From the NCBI GenBank assembly GCA_963662545.2, contig CAXXLL010000003.1:64001-128000 (forward strand): DNA of 64,000 bases. The letters are read 5' to 3'. Position 1 is the stretch's first letter; each line of letters starts with the position of its first letter. This DNA comes from Gammaproteobacteria bacterium. GTDB taxonomy: Bacteria; Pseudomonadota; Gammaproteobacteria; Ga0077536. A model generated the notes under the pieces. The model was not told where the DNA came from, searched no databases, and saw nothing but the letters and a program-made list of their open reading frames with translations. A program made the position numbers and the translations under genes. Of this stretch, positions 10,315 through 18,270 are shown one piece after another.

Positions 10315-10592
10315 TCCTCTGAGCCCACACCGCGAGACTCAGCCACTTTGAGCATGTCATCAAGTTCAGAAAGAACGACATCAGCGGCGTAATACTCATT
10401 GGTCCGCTTTGCTTCATCGCGGGAAACCAAGCCACGTGAAATGAACTCCTCACGCACCTGCCGATGCAATATGGATGCTTTTATGGATTTTTCTACGAAA
10501 CTCGACAGACTCTCCCCCTCAGTCAGGACACTTTCAGCAGCTTTTCGTAGTTCGGGGGTCACTCGAAGTGTTGGAATATTGGCAGTTTTCAA
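10311..10592 (-). CDS. ribbon-helix-helix antitoxin (YlcI/YnfO-like)
   Basis: 93 aa; KTANIPTLRVTPELRKAAESVL..GESLSSFVE, EFISRGL.SRDEA. 4-bp overlap with the toxin gene. Confidence 0.85.
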   Translation of the reverse strand: MKTANIPTLRVTPELRKAAESVLTEGESLSSFVEKSIKASILHRQVREEFISRGLVSRDEAKRTNEYYAADVVLSELDDMLKVAESRGVGSED

Positions 10593-10607
10593 AATGACCT
10601 CTTGCGA

Positions 10608-10654
10608 CGCATTTGCGATGCGTTAAGTATGGCGTTAATTACCGGACTGGGCAA
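10608..10654 (-). promoter_or_regulatory. putative sigma70 promoter and operator of the RelE/RHH module
   Basis: On the minus strand, TTGCCC-17 bp-CATACT (10654-10626), followed by the inverted repeat ACGCAT-N5-ATGCGT (~10607-10623). Confidence 0.55.
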
Positions 10655-10746
10655 GTGGCCGATACCTTTATGAATACCTCGTGCCAGGTTATTGGTGTGG
10701 TTCAATAGGATTTTGAGGGATCTGACCCTGAGATGTCCTCGGATAC

Positions 10747-10865
10747 GCAGCGCCAAATCCGTTGCGATGCGCAATAAAATACTTTCCGGAGGAATTCGAA
10801 TGAGATGGACGCAAAGACCGCCGATCGAACCGTGATCCGCTTCAAGCTCGATGGCCGCGAGGTCG
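10747..10865 (+). repeat. direct repeat copy 2 (duplicate fdh1B 3' end + real fdh1A start)
   Basis: Encodes AAPNPLRCAIKYFPEEFE* versus ...FPQEFE* in fdh1B, followed by the fdh1A ATG at 10805. Confidence 0.92.
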
Positions 10866-13564
10866 AAGCGCTGCCCGGCGAAACCATCCTCAATGCCGCG
10901 CGCCGCACCGGTACCGAGATCCCGACGCTGTGCCACATGGACGGCTACCGTGCGGACGGCAATTGCCGCGCCTGCGTGGTCGAGATCAAGGGCGAACGCG
11001 TGCTCGCACCGGCGTGCTGCCGCCTGCCGAGCGAGGGGATGGAAGTGGAAGCCAGCAACGAGCGCGCGCGGTTTAGCCAGCGCATGGTCGTCGAAATGCT
11101 GCAATCCGATATGCCCGAGGGCGGCGCTTCGCCCTACACACCGCGTTCCGAACTCGACCATTGGTGCGAATTTCTCGGTGTCACCGAACCGCGTTTCCCA
11201 CGGCGCGCACAACCGCAAAAGGACCTCTCCAACCCGGCGATCGCCGTCAATCTCGACGCCTGTATCCAGTGCACGCGCTGTGTGCGAGCGTGCCGCGAGG
11301 AGCAGGTCAACGATGTCATTGGCTATGCCTTCCGCGGCACACATTCGAAGATCGTGTTCGATCTCGGCGACCCCATGGGCGACAGCACCTGCGTGAGCTG
11401 CGGCGAATGCGTGCAGGCCTGTCCGACCGGCGCATTGATGCCCGCCGAAGGCGCCGCCAATTTCGAGCCCGATCGCCAGGTCGAGTCGGCCTGTCCGTAT
11501 TGCGGTGTAGGCTGCCTCCTGACCTTCAATATCAGGAACGATCGCATCATCTACGTCGACGGCCGCGACGGCCCGTCGAACAACAGTCGCTTGTGCGTGA
11601 AAGGCCGCTACGGCTTCGATTACGTCCATCACCCCGATCGGCTGACCCGGCCCTTGATCCGCAAAGAGGGCGCCGCAAAGAGCTCCGAACTACTGACCCC
11701 GTCAGATATACCTGCATACTTTCGAAACGCGAGCTGGGACGAAGCCCTTGCATTCGCGAGTGGCGGACTCAAGGCTATACGCGATGCGCAAGGCGGCCAG
11801 GCGCTCGCAGGATTCGGCTGCGCCAAAGGCTCCAACGAGGAGGCGTATCTGTTTCAGAAGCTGGTCCGAACGGGCTTCGGCACGAACAACGTCGATCATT
11901 GCACCCGTCTTTGTCATGCATCGTCCGTGGCAGCGATGTTGGAGACCATCGGCTCGGGCAGCGTTTCCAACCAGGTGGCTGACGTGGCCCAGGCCGAAGT
12001 GATCATCGTGATCGGTGCGCGGCCGACGATGAACCATCCGGTCGCCGCCACTTTCATGAAGAACGCGGCCAAGGCCGGCACGACCCTGATCCTGATGGAT
12101 CCCTACCGCGCCGATCTCGCGCGGCACGCCGATTATTTTCTCCAGTTTCATGCGGACACGGACGTGCCGCTGCTGAACGCCATGATGCATACCATCATCG
12201 ACGAAAACCTGCACAATCCGGCGTTTATCGAAGCGCACACCGAGGGTTTCGAATCGCTCCAAGCCTGCGTGACGAACTACAGCCCGGAAAAAGTCGCTCC
12301 CATCTGCGGCATTCCCGCCGCCGCCATCAAGGAGGTTGCCCGCAAGTATGCGACGGCCAAGGCGTCCATGATTTTCTGGGGCATGGGGATTTCGCAGCAT
12401 GTTCATGGCACGGATAATGCGCGCTGCCTGATCGCGCTCGCCTTGCTCTGCGGGCAGATCGGCCGGCCGGGTTCCGGCATCCACCCGCTGCGCGGTCAGA
12501 ATAACGTTCAGGGCGCCTCGGACGTCGGTTTGATCCCCATGGTTTATCCGGATTACCAACCCGTCGGGGACGAAGCGGTACGGCGCAAGTTCGAAAAATT
12601 CTGGGGCACCGAACTCGACCCCAACCCGGGTCTGACGGTCGTCGAAATCATGGATGCCGTGCACGAAGGCGCGATCAAGGGTATGTACATCATGGGGGAA
12701 AACCCGGCGATGTCGGATCCCAATCTCAATCATGCGCGTGCAGCCCTGGCGAAGCTCGAGCACCTGGTCGTGCAGGATATTTTCTTCACCGAGACGGCGG
12801 GGTTCGCTGACGTGATTCTGCCGGCGTCGGCGTTTCCGGAAAAAACCGGTACCTTCACGAACACCGATCGACGCGTGCAAATAGGCCGCCAGGCCATCGA
12901 GCCGCCCGGCGATGCGCGCCACGATATCTGGATCATCGAGGAAATGGCGAGGGGCCTCGGCCTCGACTGGAATTACTCGGGCGTCGATGCCGTATTCGAC
13001 GAGATGCGTGCGGCGATGCCCAGTATCGGCGGCATCACATGGGACCGCCTGCAACGCGAACATTCCGTGACCTATCCCTGCACGCGCGAAGGCGATCCAG
13101 GGCAACCGATTCTGTTCGAACAGGATTTTCCGACGCCGAACGGCCGCGGTAAGTTCGTACCGGCCGAATACACCCATGCCGCCGAGCTGCCCGACGACGA
13201 ATATCCGAAAATATTCATGACCGGCCGTCAGCTAGAACACTGGCACACCGGAAGCATGACCCGCAACGCGCGTGTCCTCGACGCACTGGAGCCGGAACCC
13301 GTGATCAACGTTCACCCGACGGATATGGACGAGATCGGGGTCGAAGCAGGCGAATTCGTGCGCGTCGAATCACGGCGCGGCGCCGTCGTGGCCCGCGTGC
13401 GAGCGGATAGCGGAATGCAGACCGGTTCGATCTTCATGGCGTTCTGCTACGTGGAAGCGGCGGCTAACCTGCTGACCACCGAAGAACTCGATCCCGTCGG
13501 AAAGATCCCGGAATTCAAATACTGCGCCGTACGAATTTCAAGGCAGAAGGCCAAAGTCGCCTGA
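10805..13564 (+). CDS. fdh1A: formate dehydrogenase alpha subunit (Fdh1A type, W/Mo-bisPGD, N-terminal Fe-S domains)
   Basis: 919 aa; 2Fe-2S motif GNCRAC, 4Fe-4S motifs CIQCTRC, CVSCGECVQACPTG and CPYCGVGC, active site DHCTRLCHASS, PLRGQNNVQG, TGRQLEHWHTG, KIPEFKYCAV. Confidence 0.93.
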   Translation: MDAKTADRTVIRFKLDGREVEALPGETILNAARRTGTEIPTLCHMDGYRADGNCRACVVEIKGERVLAPACCRLPSEGMEVEASNERARFSQRMVVEMLQSDMPEGGASPYTPRSELDHWCEFLGVTEPRFPRRAQPQKDLSNPAIAVNLDACIQCTRCVRACREEQVNDVIGYAFRGTHSKIVFDLGDPMGDSTCVSCGECVQACPTGALMPAEGAANFEPDRQVESACPYCGVGCLLTFNIRNDRIIYVDGRDGPSNNSRLCVKGRYGFDYVHHPDRLTRPLIRKEGAAKSSELLTPSDIPAYFRNASWDEALAFASGGLKAIRDAQGGQALAGFGCAKGSNEEAYLFQKLVRTGFGTNNVDHCTRLCHASSVAAMLETIGSGSVSNQVADVAQAEVIIVIGARPTMNHPVAATFMKNAAKAGTTLILMDPYRADLARHADYFLQFHADTDVPLLNAMMHTIIDENLHNPAFIEAHTEGFESLQACVTNYSPEKVAPICGIPAAAIKEVARKYATAKASMIFWGMGISQHVHGTDNARCLIALALLCGQIGRPGSGIHPLRGQNNVQGASDVGLIPMVYPDYQPVGDEAVRRKFEKFWGTELDPNPGLTVVEIMDAVHEGAIKGMYIMGENPAMSDPNLNHARAALAKLEHLVVQDIFFTETAGFADVILPASAFPEKTGTFTNTDRRVQIGRQAIEPPGDARHDIWIIEEMARGLGLDWNYSGVDAVFDEMRAAMPSIGGITWDRLQREHSVTYPCTREGDPGQPILFEQDFPTPNGRGKFVPAEYTHAAELPDDEYPKIFMTGRQLEHWHTGSMTRNARVLDALEPEPVINVHPTDMDEIGVEAGEFVRVESRRGAVVARVRADSGMQTGSIFMAFCYVEAAANLLTTEELDPVGKIPEFKYCAVRISRQKAKVA

Positions 13565-13594
13565 ATTTCTAATCGACCGTTCTGAACGCACAAC

Positions 13595-13660
13595 GTATCC
13601 GGGAAATCGTGGGCCAAATCGCACCGACCCCCGGATTGCGCTGCGCTTCATCCGGGCTAC
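13595..13660 (-). repeat. GTAG-class REP palindrome plus a truncated partner (REP doublet remnant)
   Basis: Minus strand reads GTAGCCCGGATGAAGCGCAGCGCAATCCGGG (13660-13630), then a spacer, then CCCGGATAC (13603-13595). Confidence 0.65.
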
Positions 13661-13674
13661 GGCCTTCATAGGTG

Positions 13675-14058
13675 TTATGTGGCTCTTGATTTAGAGTAGA
13701 GTTTGACATCCCTTAGTCCCTTGAAATCGGTATCTTGGGTCCACAGAACTGCGCCATATTTCTGTGCGGTTGCATAAATAATGCTATCCGCCAACGGCAA
13801 TTTGTGTTCAATACCGTAACAGGCGGCATCTACAGCCAGCTCGCTGTCCAGGGATACAACTTTTCCTTGCTCCATATGAGCTATTGCTTCAAGGGCTGAT
13901 TCTTCGTCCCTCTGACGCACAATGCTCTTGAAAACCTCGGTAATGGTGATACTGGGCACCAATAACTCTTCTAAAACCTCTATCGGTTTAGCGAATGAGC
14001 CCGCATTCTTGTCGCCGGCGAAATATGATAACCATCCCGATGAGTCGACGACATTCAT
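13675..14058 (-). CDS. vapC: PIN-domain VapC toxin
   Basis: MNVVDSSGWL.Y, VPSITITEVFK, LPLADSIIYATA, LWTQD.DF. Confidence 0.92.
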   Translation of the reverse strand: MNVVDSSGWLSYFAGDKNAGSFAKPIEVLEELLVPSITITEVFKSIVRQRDEESALEAIAHMEQGKVVSLDSELAVDAACYGIEHKLPLADSIIYATAQKYGAVLWTQDTDFKGLRDVKLYSKSRAT

Positions 14059-14261
14059 ACCCTGTCTTTATCTCGCCTTACATTCGTATCAATGCCTTTC
14101 AGGAAGCCTCTCATTTTCTTCATGGGCTTTATAGGAATGAGTTCGATCCGATTTTGATAGGTGAGAACTTGAATCTTCTGGCCGGAATATATTCCCATTG
14201 ACTCCCGCACTTTTTTGGGAATCACGATTTGATATTTCGGTGAAACGGTTACAGCAGTCAC
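14055..14261 (-). CDS. AbrB/MazE/SpoVT antitoxin
   Basis: VTVSPKYQIVIPKKVRESMGI..GQK. 4-bp overlap with vapC. Confidence 0.92.
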   Translation of the reverse strand: MTAVTVSPKYQIVIPKKVRESMGIYSGQKIQVLTYQNRIELIPIKPMKKMRGFLKGIDTNVRRDKDRV

Positions 14262-14293
14262 GGCCGATACTCCATCGATAATAGCACCGTTTT

Positions 14294-14322
14294 ACGATAT
14301 CTCTATCGATAAGCTCCGTCAA
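14294..14322 (-). promoter_or_regulatory. putative sigma70 promoter of the vapBC module
   Basis: Minus strand TTGACG-17 bp-TATCGT upstream of the RBS GGAG and GTG 14261. Confidence 0.65.
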
Positions 14323-14425
14323 GCCACGTAACGAACGAGTCTCACGGATCCCCACATACTCGCTAGGAAAAGCGATCGAAAACTAATGAGATGTAGGTGC
14401 ACCGAACCTCAATTAAGCGCGCGAG

Positions 14426-15200
14426 CACGAACACCGATCGACGCGTGCAAATAGGCCGCCAGGCCATCGAGCCGCCCGGCGATGCGCGCCACGATATCTG
14501 GATCATCGAGGAAATGGCGAGGGGCCTCGGCCTCGACTGGAATTACTCGGGCGTCGATGCCGTATTCGACGAGATGCGTGCGGCGATGCCCAGTATCGGC
14601 GGCATCACATGGGACCGCCTGCAACGCGAACATTCCGTGACCTACCCCTGCACGCGCGAAGGCGATCCAGGGCAACCGATTCTGTTCGAACAGGATTTTC
14701 CGACGCCGAACGGCCGCGGTAAGTTCGTACCGGCCGAATACACCCATGCCGCCGAGCTGCCCGACGACGAATATCCGAAAATCTTCATGACCGGCCGTCA
14801 GCTAGAACACTGGCACACCGGAAGCATGACCCGCAACGCGCGTGTCCTCGACCTACTGGAGCCGGAACCCGTGATCAACGTTCACCCGACGGACATGGAC
14901 GAGATCGGCGTCGAAGCGGGCGAATTCGTGCGCGTCGAATCACGGCGCGGCGCCGTCGTGGCCCGCGTACGGACGGATCCCGGGATACAGCCCGGCAGCC
15001 TATTCATGGCGTTTTGCTATGTGGAAGCTGCCGCGAATTTGTTGACGACCGAAGAGCTGGACCCGGTAGGAAAGATCCCCGAATTCAAATATTGCGCAGT
15101 GAGATTGAGGAAAGCCATTGACAATTCAGCTCCGCGCTCCCACATTCCACGGTTTAATTCCGCACAGGGCGATGGTCGCGAACGAGACGGGCATCGATGA
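14426..15200 (+). pseudogene. duplicated 3' part of fdh1A with an alternative C-terminus
   Basis: 14426-~15110 repeats 12856-~13540 (offset 1570). Nearly identical at the 5' side and clearly diverged over the last ~140 bp. Ends ...CAVRLRKAIDNS...GHR* versus ...CAVRISRQKAKVA*. Confidence 0.92.
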
Positions 15201-15212
15201 GTCCGCAACACA

Positions 15213-16334
15213 ATGCCCCAACCTGAAGCGCTCTCAAATCTATCCCCGGCGAAGAAGCTCCTGGCCGGGCTGCTCACTCTGCTTGTTTTGGGTGCGGGTA
15301 TCCTCGCCCTTGCGGAAGGGGCGGTGCGGGTGCGTGCCTGGATCAAATACGGCTCCGCCGATCATTTCGACGAGATGTACTACTACGACGAGCAACTGGG
15401 GCTCAAATACGTGGTGCCGAACTACCGCACCCGGACTGTACAGGTCAATTCGATCGGCTTCCGCGGACCGGAGCTGGAAGTCAAGTCCGAGTCGACCTTG
15501 CGCATCGGGTTCCTGGGAGGTTCGACGACCTTTTGCGCGGAGGTGAGCGGCAACGATCAGGTGTGGGCGGCTTTGCTCAGCGCCAATCTACAATCGGCCT
15601 TTCCCGGGCTTGATGTCGATTACGTCAATGGTGGAGTACCCGGGTATACCCTCGAACAGTCTCTCAAGAACCTCGAACGGCGAGTCGCCCCGCTCGATCC
15701 AGACGTCATCGTTATCTACCACGCTTCAAACGACATGACCGGAGAGACTCGCGAGCTAGCGAAGGAATCAGGAATATTGCGCGAATTTCATCGGGACCCG
15801 AGCTGGCTCGCACGACATTTCCTGCTTTGGCATCTTGCGGAAATGAATCTAAAGATCCTTCTAGTCAAACGGGAAGGCGACGAACAGAAGCTGAAGTTAT
15901 TTCCCGATGACTTCGGCGCCGAATTCGATCAGAAGTTGGAACACCTGATCGCGAGTGCTCAGAAAGTCGCCGAAATCGTCGTGGTAGTGACCTGGACCCA
16001 GCAAATTCGCGAGCAACAGTCACCCGCACAACAACTCGAGGCCGCATCGTCCGGCTTGTACTACATGCCGTTCATGACCCCGACGAGTCTCCTGGAAGCC
16101 TACGGACGTTACAATACAGCGATTCGAAACGCCGCCACCCGTACCGGCGCCATTCTGGTTGAGGAGGAGAATTCCATTCCGGGCGATGGCGCGCATTTTA
16201 ACGACACCGTGCACTTCAAAGACGCTGGCAGTCGAGCGATGGCGGACCGCATCGCCCGCCGGCTACTGGAATCGCCGCGACTGAAAGCGCTCGTCCAAAA
16301 GAAGCTCCTAAACTCGATGGAGAAGAAATCGTGA
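15213..16334 (+). CDS. membrane-anchored SGNH/GDSL hydrolase
   Basis: N-terminal TM with AEGAVR; NSIGFRG, GFLGGSTTF (block I), NGGVPGY, HASND, FNDTVHF (DxxH). Confidence 0.85.
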   Translation: MPQPEALSNLSPAKKLLAGLLTLLVLGAGILALAEGAVRVRAWIKYGSADHFDEMYYYDEQLGLKYVVPNYRTRTVQVNSIGFRGPELEVKSESTLRIGFLGGSTTFCAEVSGNDQVWAALLSANLQSAFPGLDVDYVNGGVPGYTLEQSLKNLERRVAPLDPDVIVIYHASNDMTGETRELAKESGILREFHRDPSWLARHFLLWHLAEMNLKILLVKREGDEQKLKLFPDDFGAEFDQKLEHLIASAQKVAEIVVVVTWTQQIREQQSPAQQLEAASSGLYYMPFMTPTSLLEAYGRYNTAIRNAATRTGAILVEEENSIPGDGAHFNDTVHFKDAGSRAMADRIARRLLESPRLKALVQKKLLNSMEKKS

Positions 16335-16720
16335 CGCCGGTTCGTCAGAGCAATCGTGCCTTCGCATTAATGTTCGCAATCGTGTTCGCGATCATCACTT
16401 TGCTTGGTTGGTTTTTCTTTGAAAAGACGCCCATTTGGGCGGTTTGGGTAAGTGGCGCGCTGTTATTGGTTGCCTGGGTGTGCCCTGGGGTCCTGCTGCC
16501 GCTGAATCGATTGTGGGGTCTTTTCGCGTTTCGGCTCGGCACGGTGAGCAACGTACTTGTCCTGGGTATCGTACTTTACGGAATATTCGCACCCCTAGCA
16601 TTCTTCTTTCGAGTTATCGGCCGTGATTTGATGAATCGCGACATGGATCCAGCGGCCGATACCTATCTGACCCGGGTCGATCGCCAGATGGATTCAAACA
16701 GTCTCGACGACATGTACTAA
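16331..16720 (+). CDS. SxtJ family membrane protein
   Basis: SNRAFALMF, PGVLLPLNRLW, P.AFFFRVIGRDLM. Confidence 0.8.
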   Translation: MTPVRQSNRAFALMFAIVFAIITLLGWFFFEKTPIWAVWVSGALLLVAWVCPGVLLPLNRLWGLFAFRLGTVSNVLVLGIVLYGIFAPLAFFFRVIGRDLMNRDMDPAADTYLTRVDRQMDSNSLDDMY

Positions 16721-16730
16721 GGAATTGCCT

Positions 16731-16883
16731 GTGATCTCGTTGTTCAAAGAAATCCTGAAGTATGTAATAGCTTCCAAGAAGCTATGGCTATTACCAATCA
16801 TTGTGCTGCTAGTCGCGCTCGGTGGGCTCCTTGTGCTGGCCGAAGGGACCGCGTTCGCGCCGTTCATTTACGCTATCTTCTGA
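16731..16883 (+). CDS. SxtK/DUF5989 small membrane protein (50 aa)
   Basis: Hand translation MISLFKEILKYVIASKKLWLLPIIVLLVALGGLLVLAEGTAFAPFIYAIF*. Below the ORF-track cutoff. Confidence 0.85.
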   Translation: MISLFKEILKYVIASKKLWLLPIIVLLVALGGLLVLAEGTAFAPFIYAIF

Positions 16884-16921
16884 CGGGCTCATTTCGGGCC
16901 ATTAACACGACTGGGCTATTC

Positions 16922-17297
16922 ATGCTTGTCCTGGGAATATCTGCTTTCTATCACGACAGCGCTGCCGCTCTCGTAAGGGATGGCGAGATTGTGGCCGCCG
17001 CCCAGGAAGAGCGATTCTCGCGAAAGAAGGGTGATTCCGACTTCCCCACCGGCGCCGTAAAGTTCTGCCTGGAATCGTGCGGCGTCTCGGTCGACGAAAT
17101 CGACTTCGTGGGGTTTTACGATAAGCCGCTGCTGACATTCGACCGCTTACTTGAGACCTATCTCGGTTATGCCCCGAAAGGACTGCCGTCATTCCGTAGA
17201 TCGATTCCACTTTGGGTAAAGGAAAAATTGCTCATCAAGAAAACGGTCCGAGAGCAGATCACTCATCTCGGACTCGGCGATCTTCCCGAACGTAAAG
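16922..17297 (+). pseudogene. O-carbamoyltransferase (NodU/CmcH/SxtI family) N-terminus, truncated by IS21
   Basis: LGISAFYHDSAAAL, AAAQEERFSRKK, FYDKPLL.FDRLLETY. The frame enters the IS end at 17298 and the rest is not in the window. Confidence 0.9.
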
Positions 17298-17499
17298 TGT
17301 CAACGGCGGAGCAAAATTAGTCCACCCGGGCGGAGCAAAACTAGTCCACTTAACGTTATGCGGTACGCAGTGTTGGGGGGTTGTCCCGGTAGTCCATAGG
17401 AGGGACCCGCGCTGCTTCGTGTAGCGCTTGCGTTACGCGGAGCGAAGCAGCGTGGGAGGTTCCTGTGGACCCACACCGGGTCAACCTTGAGTTCGGTGG

Positions 17500-18270
17500 T
17501 CAAGCAGGCGTATTTGGGGATTTCCGCCGTTTTTGGCTTTGGTTGAGACGATAGCTCTCGCCGTTCATTTCCAGGATATGGACAGGGTGGGTCAGGCGGT
17601 CCAGCAAAGCCCCGGTCAGACGTTCCGAGCCGAATATCTCCGTCCACTCATCGAACGGCAAGTTGGAGGTCACCATGATCGAGCCCCGCTCGTAGCGCTG
17701 GCTGAAGACTTCGAACAGCAGCTCGGCGCCGGTCTTCGAGAGCGGCACGAAGCCGAGTTCGTCGATGATCAGAAGGTGATACTTTGCCAGTTGCTTCTGC
17801 AGGCGCAACAGGCGTTTTTCATCCCTGGCCTCCATCAGTTCATGAACCAGGGCGGCGGCCGTGATGAAGCCGACGGAGAGCCCCTTTTGGCAGGCCGCCA
17901 GACCGAGACCGAGGGCGATATGGGTCTTGCCGGTTCCGCTGTTGCCGAGCGCGATGATATTCTCACGACGCTCTACGTATTCGCATCGCGCCAACTCCAG
18001 AACCAGCATCTTGTTGAGCGAGGCGATGGCCTTGAAGTCGAAGCTGTCGAGGCTTTTGACGGCGGGGAACCTAGCCTGTCTGCTCCGCCGCTCGACCATG
18101 CGGCGCTCACGGTCGATCAGTTCCAACTCGGTCAGACGGACAAGATACCGCACAGGGTCGGCGCCCTCGGTGGCGCATTGGCGGGCCAGCTTGTCGTATT
18201 CGCGCAGGAACGTCGGCAGTTTCAGGGTCTTGAGGTGATGGGCCAGCAACACTTGCGGCGTATCGGTCAT
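17500..18270 (-). CDS. istB: IS21 helper ATPase
   Basis: Walker A GNSGTGKTH, Walker B LLIIDELG, TSNLPF.EW, ALLDRL. Confidence 0.95.
   Translation of the reverse strand: MTDTPQVLLAHHLKTLKLPTFLREYDKLARQCATEGADPVRYLVRLTELELIDRERRMVERRSRQARFPAVKSLDSFDFKAIASLNKMLVLELARCEYVERRENIIALGNSGTGKTHIALGLGLAACQKGLSVGFITAAALVHELMEARDEKRLLRLQKQLAKYHLLIIDELGFVPLSKTGAELLFEVFSQRYERGSIMVTSNLPFDEWTEIFGSERLTGALLDRLTHPVHILEMNGESYRLNQSQKRRKSPNTPA

Noticed and set aside
10805-13564. Selenocysteine-containing FDH
   Set aside because: The frame is uninterrupted and has Cys (CTRLCH) at the ligand position.
9990-14340. Functional integron
   Set aside because: No intI and no complete palindromic attC; only short core-like heptamers, kept as a low-confidence finding.
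12856-15110. Diversity-generating retroelement TR/VR pair
   Set aside because: Differences are largely synonymous and not adenine-specific, and there is no reverse transcriptase.
16331-17297. Saxitoxin biosynthesis (sxtI/J/K homologues)
   Set aside because: No sxtA, sxtG or other core genes are present; these families are widespread in glycan loci.
17408-17455. Hairpin GCGCTGCTTCG...CGAAGCAGCGT as an independent element
   Set aside because: It is internal to IS21 and present in both copies.
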